A DNA stretch of 63,774 nt, filler included, from Rhizaria sp. SCN 62-66 (Eukaryota), in the NCBI GenBank assembly GCA_001724265.1. It is 2 parts of 2 records of this genome, joined end to end, with 100 filler letters (N's around TTAATTAATTAA, not from the genome) between each part and the next. Parts side by side here need not be neighbours in the genome. Positions count along the whole stretch, not along the records: positions 1 to 31,862 come from MEDY01000349.1; positions 31,963 to 63,774 come from MEDY01000351.1. The stretch is one strand, 5' to 3'. Made by a program: the position numbers and the translations under genes. Below, one piece after another: positions 24,790 through 34,900 of this stretch (position 1 is the stretch's first letter; every line of letters begins with the position of its first letter). The notes under the pieces are model-generated. The model made no database searches, had not been told where the DNA came from, and worked only from the letters and a program-made list of their open reading frames with translations.

Positions 24790-27700
24790 ATGCCCCCCAA
24801 GAAGAAGCCGACCAAGGCCAAGACGATGACCGCGGCGGCGGAGGCCGCGCTCGTGGCGAAGAAGGCCGCCGCCAAGGACGCCGAGCAGGAGTCCGGCAAG
24901 GTTGACCGCGCGCTGCCCGCGTACCTGACGCAGGGCATCACGCAGAAGGACCGCGACGTCGTCATCGACAACTTCTCCATGACCACGCCTGACGGCCGCA
25001 CGGAGCTGCTCAAGTCCGCCTCGGTGCGCTTTGTCTACGGCCGCCACTACGGCCTTATTGGGCAGAACGGCATCGGTAAGTCGTCGCTGCTGCGCATGAT
25101 CTCCAACTACGAGATCCCTAAGTTCCCCGAGTACCTCCGCGTCGTCCACGTCGCGCAGGAGGAAATCCCCCACGTCGAGCAGGTCCGTCTTTTTTTGCAA
25201 GTCATTTCGTATTTTTCTCAGTACATATTGGCTGTCTATGTCAGTATCACCTTGTCATATGTCTAATTTTGATTGGTTTATTCGACAAATCTCACTTCTC
25301 CTTCCCCTATTTGCGCTTTACAACAATCCTTCTCACTTGTCCGAGTTTAGGAGCAAAACGTGATTGACTTCGTCGTGGGCTCCGACATCCAGAAGAACTA
25401 CCTGGAGGGCGAGGAGTCGCGCCTGCTGGACCTGTTGGAGCAGGGCGGCGAGGGCGGCGACGACGGCGAGGACATGGGCGACTTCGACGAGATCCAGACG
25501 CAGCTCGACACGGTCTACCAGCGCCTCGACGCCATCGGCGCGCGCAACGCCGAGGCGCGCGCGCGCGCCATCCTGACCGGTCTGCAGTTCACGCGCGCGA
25601 TGCAGGACGGCCCGATCGCGCGGCTGTCCGGCGGCTGGCGCATGCGCGTGCGGCTGGCATGCGCGCTCTTCGTGACGCCCGACATCCTGCTGCTCGACGA
25701 GCCGACCAACCACCTGGACTTCCCCGCCGTCGAGTGGCTTGCCGGCTTCCTGAAGCTGTACGAGCCGACGCTGCTGGTGGTATCGCACGACCGCGGCTTC
25801 CTGGACCAGGTGATGACGGACTGCATCGACTTCCGCGACAAGACGCTGATGTACTACCGCGGCGACTACTCCAACTACCTTAAGGTGCGCAAGGAGCACA
25901 TCGCGCAGCACAACCGGCTGTGGGAGAAGACGGAGAAGAAGCGCGCCGCGCTGACCAAGTTCATCCTCGAGGCACGCGCCAAGGCGCACGACGACCCGAA
26001 CCTGGCGGAGCTGGCCAAGACGCGCCAGCGCCTGCTCGACCAGCTGCCCGTGATGGAGGAGATCAAGGAGGACCGCGCCATCTCCTTCACCTTCCCCGAG
26101 CCCGGAAAGCTGGACCACTCGATCATGTCGTGCAAGAACATGAGTTTCCACTACGACAAGACGGCCGACGGCGTCAACAAGCCGTACATGCTCAACAACA
26201 TCAACGCCGTCATCGACATGGACTCGCGCATCGGCATCCTGGGCGCCAACGGCGCCGGCAAGACGACGCTGATCAACGTGATGCTGGGCAAGTACGAACC
26301 CTTGGCGGGCGAGTGCAAGCTTAACGACCAGGCGCGCGTCAAGATCTTCACTCAGCACCACCTGGACCAGCTGGACCCGGCCAAGACGCCGCTCGAGTTC
26401 ATGACGGAGAAGTTCCCGCAGAAGCGCGAGGGCGAGATGCGCGGCTTTCTGGGCCGCTTCGGGCTGGACCGTAAGCTGGCCGAGCAGAAGATCGAGCTCC
26501 TGTCCGGCGGGCAGAAGTCGCGCGTGGCGTTCGCCGTGCTGACGTGCTCGAACCCGCACCTGATCATCATGGACGAGCCGACGAACCACCTGGACATCGA
26601 GACGATCGAGTCGCTGATCCACGCGCTCAACAGCTTCGCGGGCGGCGTCATCGTCATCTCGCACGACCGCTACTTTCTCACGCAGACGGCGCAGGAGTAC
26701 TGGGCCGTGTCGGCCGAGGGCACGATGAAGATCTTCTACGATCTGGACGAGGCCAAGGACTACTCCTACAAGCCGATCGAGTACATCGTCGAGGGCGCCA
26801 AGCGCCGCGCCGAGAGCAAGAAGGCCGACGTCATCGTCAACGCCGACGAGGAGAAGCTCAAGCGCCTGCAGGCCGACCTGGCCGCGGTGCTGGCCGCCGC
26901 CGGTGGCGACGACGACGACGACGACGAGGACGCGCTCCAGGCCGCCGCCGTCGTCGCCGCCGCCACCGAGGCCGCCTTCGGTGCTCCCGCTCCCAAGACC
27001 GGCAAGGCTGCTAAGGCTGCTGAGCCCGAGGCTGAGGCTGAGGCTGAGGACGACGACGAGGCCGCGATGCTGGCCATGATGGCCGGCCTGGCTGACGAGG
27101 AGGAGGCCGAGGAGGAGGAGAAGCCCAAGGCCAAGAAGGACAAAAAGAAGGGCAAGAAGGCCGCCGCTGAGGCCGAGGCTGAGGCTGAGGACGACGAGGC
27201 TGCGATGCTCGCTATGATGGCTGGTCTTGCCGATGATGACGACGCCGCTGCCGCCGAGGAGGCCGCGCCCGCCAAGAAGGACAAGAAGGCCAAGAAGGGC
27301 AAGAAGGCCGCCGCGGCGGACGAGGACGCCGACGCCGACGCCGAGGCTGAGATGCTGGCTATGATGGCCGGGCTCGCTGGCGACGACGACGAGGAGGCGG
27401 CCGAGGAGAAGCCTAAGGCCAAGAAAGACAAAAAGAAGGGCAAGAAGGCCGCCGAGGTCGCGGCCGAGGACGACGAGGACGACATGCTCGCCATGATGGC
27501 CGGGCTGGCCGGCGACGGCGACGACGACGAGGCTCTCGAGGAGGAGGAAGAGGAGGACTTTGCGGCCGCCGCCAAGAACAAGAAGGACAAGAAGAAGTCT
27601 GCGTCCGCGGTGGCGATGGCTGCGCTGCTGGCGAAGCAGCAGGCCGAGGCTGCCGCCGCCAAGGCGGGTGGCAAGAAGAAGAAGGGCAAGCGTGACGACT

Positions 27701-27846
27701 TCGACGACGACCTGGGCGAGATCCCCACCACGAGCGCCGAGGCCGCGGCCGCCGCGGCGCCCGTGCTCGACGTCAAGGCGCTCAAGAAGCTCGAGAAGAA
27801 GAACAAAGGCAAGAAGGACAACGACGAGGAGGAGGACGACGCCTAA
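24790..27846 (+). CDS. ABC-F family ATPase (ABCF/GCN20-like), join(24790..25182,25351..27846), ~962 aa
   Basis: Two NBDs: Walker A GQNGIGKS and GANGAGKT, signatures LSGGWRMR and LSGGQKSR, LLLDEPTNHLD / IIMDEPTNHLD, SHDR H-loops. No TM helices, strong GC3 bias, TAA stop. Confidence 0.93.
25183..25350 (+). other. Spliceosomal intron (168 nt)
   Basis: CAG|GTCCGT ... TTTAG|GAG, AT-rich, phase 0, joins the two halves of NBD1. Confidence 0.85.
27040..27600 (+). repeat. Four imperfect ~45-50-codon coding repeats (EDDEAAMLAMMAGLA...KKDKKKGKKAA) in the ABCF C-terminal tail
   Basis: MLAMMAGLA occurs four times, each followed by acidic and then KKDKK lysine-rich blocks. Confidence 0.85.
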
Positions 27847-28106
27847 GCAAGACGACGACACAGCGAGTTTGTTTTTCTGTTTGTATACGCAATGATGTGA
27901 AATTTAATATGATAACTTTTTTTTAATACAATATAATACAGTATTTCAAATGCTAACCATCGGTATGGAATTTGGACGTGTATTGTGACGCTGCTCATTG
28001 CTTTGACAGCAGCGATTGATTGTGTTATGCGTATCGTGTCAAACTAAGTATGGAGTCATCAGCGCTAGAGCTGATTCTGATGTCTGGTGGTGTAGTTGGC
28101 TGTTCT

Positions 28107-28651
28107 TTAGGGCTCGTCGACGGGCTCTTGCAGCGCACGCCGCGCCGAGTCGTTGGCGAAGAGAAAGCCCGCCACGACCTCAGGCTCGCGCAGGTGCGGG
28201 TGTCCGGCGAAGTGGCGCGAGGCAAGCTCGACAAGTTCATGCTTCGTCGCGTTCGGCGGTGCATCGAGGTCGAACTGCGCCACGTAGCGCTGCAGCGATG
28301 ACATCTCCAGCCGGGACAGGTCCACAAGCTACAAGGAGAAGGAGAAAGAAGCGGAGACGAGGAGGAGTGAGAGGAAGAAAAGGCGTTGCGAGGAAGCTCA
28401 TCGAGCACAAAAATAATGAAACTAATAAAAATTGTAAAATTGAGGAATCGTACCAGAGGTGTGTAGGTTCCGCCGCGCTTGACGATAGTCTTGGTGCCGA
28501 GCGGATAGTCGGCAGTGGTGCTGCCAACAGGCATGACGCGGGTGGAGCGGTTGGGAACAACCGCTGATTCAGCCAAAGGCGCCGAGGAAAGAGGTTGAGC
28601 AGATGCTCCAGCAGCGCGCCGCGCAGACTGGCGCCTGTAACCCTCATCCAT
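28107..28651 (-). CDS. SAP30-like Sin3-binding protein, exons 28454..28651 and 28107..28328, 139 aa
   Basis: Exon 2 encodes VDLSRLEMSSLQRYVAQFDL...TKHELVELASRHF...LREPEVVAGFL, a SAP30 Sin3-binding-domain pattern. Phase-0 intron 28329..28453 (GTACGA...TTGTAG); TAA stop. Confidence 0.8.
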
Positions 28652-29666
28652 TGTCAGATACAAGTGCTGTGAGCCTCTGTTGTTGAGAAAAGGTCAGGAA
28701 GAAGGCTGTGGCAACCATAGAGAAAAGGACGCAACGGCAAAGCAAGGATTGTGAGTGTTCCGCAAATGTAAGGCGCGCATAAAATAAAGGTCTGACGGAA
28801 TACGTCAATTCAAATCGAATGAATTTCAATAAATGACCATACACGACCACTTCATGTCCCTATAGTCATTTGATTCTATCCCTCTTTCTTCACAATCTCC
28901 CGAACGCACCTAAAATTGCGCACGGTCATTCACATGTACCTTTATTCGACAAAACAAGATTTAATGAAAATAAAATAATCAAAAAATAATTTAAACATAT
29001 TATATACAGTATTTGTAATTTTTTACTTTTAATTGCATCTATTTAAGTTTATTGATAATTAAATATGCTTTTTTAGTAAATAATTTTTGATAAAAATATT
29101 TATACATTTAATAAAACTAGTACACTTATTTACTTGATTATCATTGAAGATTTTATCAATTGAGAAAGTAACTTCATTTTTGATTAAACAACTTAATGTT
29201 AGTGTTTATGTGCTTTAAAAAAAGTATATTTGCGTATTTAATATGATTTAAATGTTATCACAGCATTTAGTCAATATATTGGGAGCTAAACCATTTTAAG
29301 TTTTAAGGATTGTGTGAATGAATTTATGACTAATATATTTGCATTATTATATCTTTTTATTTTTATTCACTTTTATTAATGCGGTAAAGACGTTAAATTG
29401 GTCAAATTTAGTCAGTATCTGATCAAGATCAACGTTTGCTTTTTTTCTGTGCATCTAAATCGATTTAGGAGCAAATCAAAGATAAACGTTTAGCAAGTAA
29501 TGCTTTGTTGCATAAGGAAGTAATGTTTTATGGTAGATATGTCATCTAGATAGCAGAACGTAGCAGAAAATAAACTTTCAAGTTAACCATTAGCATGGTT
29601 CCCTTCGGGAGCGAGCCACTGAGTCAGTAAAGTCAGAAAAGTGAAATGATGTTCAAACAATATATG

Positions 29667-31862
29667 TTAAATAGTCAGCATTTCGGATTGCATGAGGGTC
29701 ATTTGGATACGTGCAGTGCGAATTGTCTCGTCGCGGAGGCTTGCGAAACATTGCGACTCAAGGAACGCGGGCCAGTAGTACAGGTTGATGGCGCTTAGCA
29801 CGCGCTCCTGTGCCTCAGCGAAGAAGTGCCGTGAGATACGCGCTTGTCGTTGCTGGTGCCGCGCCACAGCCGCGCGACGCAGCACAGCATCGTGCCCCGA
29901 CAGCGCCACTGCACTACGCCCGTTCGCTGTCGTGGACGCTGCCACGGTCGTAACGATCGGTCCTTCTGCGTCTGAGTTATCATCGTCCAAGTCGTCCGCC
30001 AGCGCGCGCCCCACTTCAGCATCAGAGTCATCGCCCGCGCCTCCGTCCACAGCTAAGACGTCTCCAGCGCCCATTATGCTGCCACGGCCATTGCCGGCAC
30101 TCGCCGTGAGTGTGTAGTGCGTTTGGTATGCGTCGAGCGCCTCGATGAGCGCGTGCCGCAGATACGGCGGCAACACGTCCACCACACGCGTTGGAGCAGG
30201 GCCTACACGCGCGCGCTCACGCAGCATCCGCCGCTCCGCACGCCGCGTCTCACGTGCGCGCCGCCGCGCCGCCGACACAGCATGAGCAGTGCGCCGGCCC
30301 ACAGAAGAGCTCATGCGCGCGCCCGCGCCCGCAGCGGCCTCAAGTGCGCCCATCGCTGGCGATGGCGCTGCGCTGCCATCCTCTTGCTGCTGTTGCTGTT
30401 GCCGATTGGCCTGGCCATTCGCATTATCACTGTACTCGTACTCATGCTCGTCTTCATAGTCGTAGTCAAAATCGTCGTCGCCGCAGTCGTCGGCGCCCGG
30501 CAGCCCTGCGCGCGACCCCAGGAAGACGGGCCAACCCAGCGCCGCCATGTGCGCGTGCGCGGCGCGCATGTTCGCGACCGCGGCCAAGGCCGAGGGAACT
30601 TGAAGGAACTCTGCGAAGATTTGCACGGCCGCGGCAAAGCGCGGGGAGCCCAGTCCACGCGTGCCACGCGGGAGCGCCGCGAACAGTGCCGTCTGCACGT
30701 GGAACGCCAGCAGCTCGCCCGCGCCCGGGGTCTCGCGCGTGAAGCGCGCAAAGGCGTCGAAGACGGCCACCTCGGCCAGCGCCGCGGCCGACGCCCATGC
30801 GGCCGGCACCGCGGGCCCGCCGCTTGCAGCCGCGCCCGCGCACACGCCCGCAGCGGCCGAGGCCGAGGCCGCCGACAGCGCGGCCTTACCCTTATAGCCG
30901 AACTCGTACTCGTACTCGTCGTCGTCATCGCCGTCGTCATCTCCGTCAAGGCCGTCGTCGCCGGTGCAGAAGCAGCAGCAGTAGCCCCACAGCGCCGCCT
31001 CGACCGCGACGCACACGCCACCGTCTGCGCCCTTGTCGCCCCCCGTCGCGGCGGCGCCGATGATGGCGGGCCTGAGCGCGCGCGCGAGCGGGAGCCAAAA
31101 GCTGGCGACGCAGCAGGCGAGCACGCGCGCGCCGACGACGGCCCGCAGCGCGCCCGACTGCGCGAGCCCGCCCAGCGCGCCGCCGCGCAGCGCGTAGGCC
31201 ACGGCGAGCGCGACGGCGAGCGCGTCGGCTGCCAGCACGGCGCGCAGCTCGGCGCCCATGGCGAAGCGCCGCCACGCGCGCCGCGCTAGCAGCGCCGCGG
31301 CCGCGAGCAGCAGCGCGGCGTAGAGGTGGAAGGCCGCAGCCGCGCCGTAAGCGGGCGTCGCGCGCGCGCCGGGCCCCGCGGCGAGCGCAGCGCAGGCCGG
31401 GGTGGTAAGCGAGACGGGCGCGCCCGTGAGCTGTCGCAGCAGCGCCAGCAGCAGGAAGAGCCCCGCCGCGGGCAGCAGCCACCACGCGATGCGCGCGTCG
31501 GAGAAGCCCACCGGCGGTGCGCTGCGCGCGGGGACGCCGCCCGCGGCCGGCTGCGCCGCGTCAACCACCGCGCCGCTGCCGCCGCGCGTACGCGCGCGCG
31601 CGCGGGGGCGCACCGCCGAGGAGAAGGATGGTGATGCCGCGGCGGCTGCGGCGCCATCCGCGGCGGCCCCGGCGCCGGGCCCGCGCTTGGCGCGCGGCGT
31701 GGCGGCGGCCGCGGCAGCGGTGCCCGGCGCGACGGTGACAAAAGCGACGGCAGCGGCGAGCCCCGCGCTGCCGGCCGACGGCGCCTCGCTCCAGCCGGCC
31801 TCGGACGGCGCAGTCGCGCCCGCGCCCAGCACCGCGCCCGCGCCCGTGCGGCCCCACACCGC
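29667..31862 (-). CDS. Transmembrane RGS (regulator of G-protein signalling) protein, 7TM-RGS-like; 5' truncated at the contig junction
   Basis: About four hydrophobic segments precede RGS-like motifs: FDAFARFTRE...ELLAFHV...AVQIFAEFL (N-half) and FAEAQERVLSAINLYYWPAFLES (C-half). TAA stop. Confidence 0.7.
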   Translation of the reverse strand, partial: AVWGRTGAGAVLGAGATAPSEAGWSEAPSAGSAGLAAAVAFVTVAPGTAAAAAATPRAKRGPGAGAAADGAAAAAASPSFSSAVRPRARARTRGGSGAVVDAAQPAAGGVPARSAPPVGFSDARIAWWLLPAAGLFLLLALLRQLTGAPVSLTTPACAALAAGPGARATPAYGAAAAFHLYAALLLAAAALLARRAWRRFAMGAELRAVLAADALAVALAVAYALRGGALGGLAQSGALRAVVGARVLACCVASFWLPLARALRPAIIGAAATGGDKGADGGVCVAVEAALWGYCCCFCTGDDGLDGDDDGDDDDEYEYEFGYKGKAALSAASASAAAGVCAGAAASGGPAVPAAWASAAALAEVAVFDAFARFTRETPGAGELLAFHVQTALFAALPRGTRGLGSPRFAAAVQIFAEFLQVPSALAAVANMRAAHAHMAALGWPVFLGSRAGLPGADDCGDDDFDYDYEDEHEYEYSDNANGQANRQQQQQQEDGSAAPSPAMGALEAAAGAGARMSSSVGRRTAHAVSAARRRARETRRAERRMLRERARVGPAPTRVVDVLPPYLRHALIEALDAYQTHYTLTASAGNGRGSIMGAGDVLAVDGGAGDDSDAEVGRALADDLDDDNSDAEGPIVTTVAASTTANGRSAVALSGHDAVLRRAAVARHQQRQARISRHFFAEAQERVLSAINLYYWPAFLESQCFASLRDETIRTARIQMTLMQSEMLTI

Positions 31863-31962
31863 NNNNNNNNNNNNNNNNNNNNNNNNNNNNNNNNNNNNNN
31901 NNNNNNTTAATTAATTAANNNNNNNNNNNNNNNNNNNNNNNNNNNNNNNNNNNNNNNNNNNN
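31863..31962. other. Artificial contig spacer N44-TTAATTAATTAA-N44
   Basis: Exactly 100 nt with symmetric N runs around a palindromic 12-mer that gives stops in all six frames. Confidence 0.97.
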
Positions 31963-34900
31963 CGCTGCCCACGCGCCCGGCCGGCGCTGCAGAGAGTGCG
32001 GCAGGCGTGGCAGTGACAGAAGTTGTGGTGACAGAAGCAGCAGTAACTGTAGCAGTGAACTCAACAGCGCCACCGTCGCGACCACTCGCGTCGCGGTCAC
32101 GGTCACGCTTACTGTCCGAGCTGCTGTGATGGGTGTGATGCTGCGCGTGGTGCGTGGTGTGCCTGCCACTGCCACTGTGCGCTGCACTGTGCACGCGCGA
32201 CGAAATGGTTTTGGCACCATAGCCATGCTCGCCAAGACTAGGTTTGGCCGATGGCGGTCGCGGCACAAGTGTAGGTCCGGGCGCGGACGCGCCAAGTGCG
32301 CCCAGCGCCACTGCAAACGCGGATGACAAAATACTGTCAGCTGCCACAGCATTTGACCTTGTAGACGCAGTGGTCGTTGCGTTCGCAATGTTACGATGCG
32401 CATTGCTTGCATGCGCGTCTGCAATGACAAGCGCTCTAGCAAGCTTGGCCAGAGCACGGTCACCATCAGCCGTGGCAACAGCAGCGGCAGCACAGGCTGT
32501 TGCTGTCGGCGGAGGGAAGAGCGACCCAAGACGCGCAGGTGCGGCGGGCGCGTCCGTGAGCGCGCCAAGCGTGCCTACGGTCAGCGCGCATGTTGTGGCG
32601 TCAATAACAGATGCCGCGACGACTTCAGTCTTCGCTGCGGGGACTGTGCCAACAGATGTGGTTGGAGCAGGGCGTGAAGCTGAAGGTGGAAGATCTACAG
32701 TGGGGCTTTCGTCGTCGTCACCGGCTCCGGGGCTCAAGAGTGCAGCCGTTGCCGCTGCTGCTCCCGAAGACGCGGAGGCAGCCCCTGCGTCGTCGATATC
32801 GTTATCAGTGGCAGGGGACGCCACGGCCGAGGCTATCGTCGCCGCGTCGGGCAGCACGGAGTGTGTGGCAGCGGCGGCGGCCAGCGGCAGCACTGCGGCT
32901 TCCGCGGCGCCACCACGCGGCGCAGGGCTGGGAAACAGTGGCAAGCGCGGCCGCGCGGGTGCAGCGCGCAGCGCGGCCGCCGTGGCCAGTGGGAGATACT
33001 CTGGATGCGGCGGCGGGTGGCGCGGTGCATCAGGCGTAGCAAACGCGACCTGTGCAGCCGTAGCAGTGGCACCAACACCAGCGAGATCCAATAGTGTGAG
33101 TGCGAGTGCACGGCCCAATGCTGTGTAATGCTGCGGACCCAGGTGTGAGAGCCTTAGAGCGCCGGCCTCCGCAGCGGCGTAGGTGACCTCGAGAGTAAAC
33201 GTGTGCGGCACGCCAAGCAGTGCCCACAGCGCAACACGCGCAGCACCCGCCTTGCCGCCGCGCGCACGGTACAGACAGCGCGCGAGCGTCGTCAGCCCAG
33301 GCGCGCGGCGCGCAAAGAGATGCGGCAGCGTGCGTTCGGTGCCAAATTGCGGCAGCACCCAGGGCAGCACAGGGAGTGCACTTGCGGGCGGTGGCGGCGC
33401 CAACAGCATTGCAATTGTATTGCTGCCGTTAACGTTGTTGCTTGTGCTGCCGTGCGGCAGCATGGGCCACGCTACGGGCGCGCGCGGCACAGCCGTTGTC
33501 AATGTTGTCGTCGCCGCTGCCAAGATGCTGTCAGAGAGTGCGGGCGGCGGAGGAGGCGGCGTGCGCGGGCGGATCGGCACGGCGCCGAGCGTGCGCAGCG
33601 GGAGATCGGCGGTCGCAAATGCAGGTGCAGCCACGGTAGCGGCGTTAAGCGCGCTGACAATGGCGGGTGCAGAGGGAAGCGACACTGAAAGCGCAGCGTT
33701 CGCTGCGGCATCAGATAACGCGCGCGAGGCGCCCACACCATGAGTGATTGACATGGTGGAGGCGGTAGACGAGGCGCGCGTGGCTGGCAGTAGCCCCGCG
33801 GCGGCAGCAGTGGCTAGTGCAGCTGACGGCGGCGGCAGCAGCTGCGCGGGTGTGCCGATGGCAGCAGCAGCGGCAGTAACTGCAGCAGCAGCGTGGCCGT
33901 AGCCGCGGCCCCAGAGAGCGATCACCGAGGGCGGGAACAGTCCGCTCAGCCACTGCTGGTGCGCGGCCGTTCCTGCTGCGCCCGGTTCCATCGCGGCAGC
34001 GGTGGCGGCCGCAGAGGCAGTGGATACAGGCGCGGGCGCGTGCGCGAGCGTTGGCACGGGCGGCGTGTCGGCCGCACCGAGGGAGAGACTAGGGTCACAG
34101 CCATAGAGCGCACAGGAGCGAAGCTTCGAGTGCGCATGAAGGTCAAGTAGTGCGGCGACAGTGCGTTGTTGCGCAAGAGCAGCAATGAGTCGGCGCGCCC
34201 AGAAGATGCTGGGATGCTCAACAGGGCACGGTGCGGCCCAATGGCGGTTGAGGTCAACTCCCGACAACCCGCAACGCGTGTGGCCCGACGAAACGCCATC
34301 CGGATTGAGCATCGGCACAATCTTAAACACGAATGCCTCGCGCAACGCGTGCGCGTGCGGAGAATCGCCCGTGATAAAGTCAATAAAAGGCTGCAATACC
34401 CATGACGCCACAGTCTCAGCTGGGTGCACACGGCCCGTCACGACCACCACGGGTCGCGCGGCCACAGACGCTACCGCAGCCACCGCAGCGGCGCGCGCAG
34501 ATGCGCCCGTCGCCGCGTACGACGGTGATGGCAGCGCGGGCGTAATGAAACCGCTCAAGTTGCTGCTTCCGCTCACGGGGGCGGGAACAAACGCAAAGCC
34601 AGCTTCTGCGTCCGTCGCAAAGTTCGTGACTGTGAGAAGTTCAATCGGTGCGCCTGCACGGCTGCGGCACAGCACCTGACGGTGCATCACGGACCGCGCC
34701 ACCGGCAGCTGCAGCGGTGACGCAGCAAGAGAATCAACAGACTGCGCTACTGTGGCTGCGGGTGTTGCAGCCTGTCGAGCCGATGACGCGAGAAGCGCCC
34801 CACCTAGCCCTGTAACACTGCTGCGGTTTGCACTGGCACGATGCATCTCATGTGCTGTTGTGGCAGCTGAAGGAAGAGCTTCTGTAAGCGCAGGGCGTGC

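Noticed and set aside
25333-27861. 842-aa antisense ORF over ABCF, and the many other long overlapping ORFs in the track
   Set aside because: These are shadow ORFs expected from strong GC3 bias and trinucleotide repeats; they show no recognisable motifs.
29596-29618. C-UUCG-G hairpin followed by CTGA...GAAA, hammerhead-like
   Set aside because: The core CUGANGA consensus and the three stems are not satisfied. A single short hairpin can arise by chance.
31863-31962. Palindromic TTAATTAATTAA between N runs, and a possible fusion of the carboxypeptidase and RGS ORFs across it
   Set aside because: It is an artificial joining spacer. The ORF-track stop at 31907 is not biological, and adjacency or frame across the gap is unknown.
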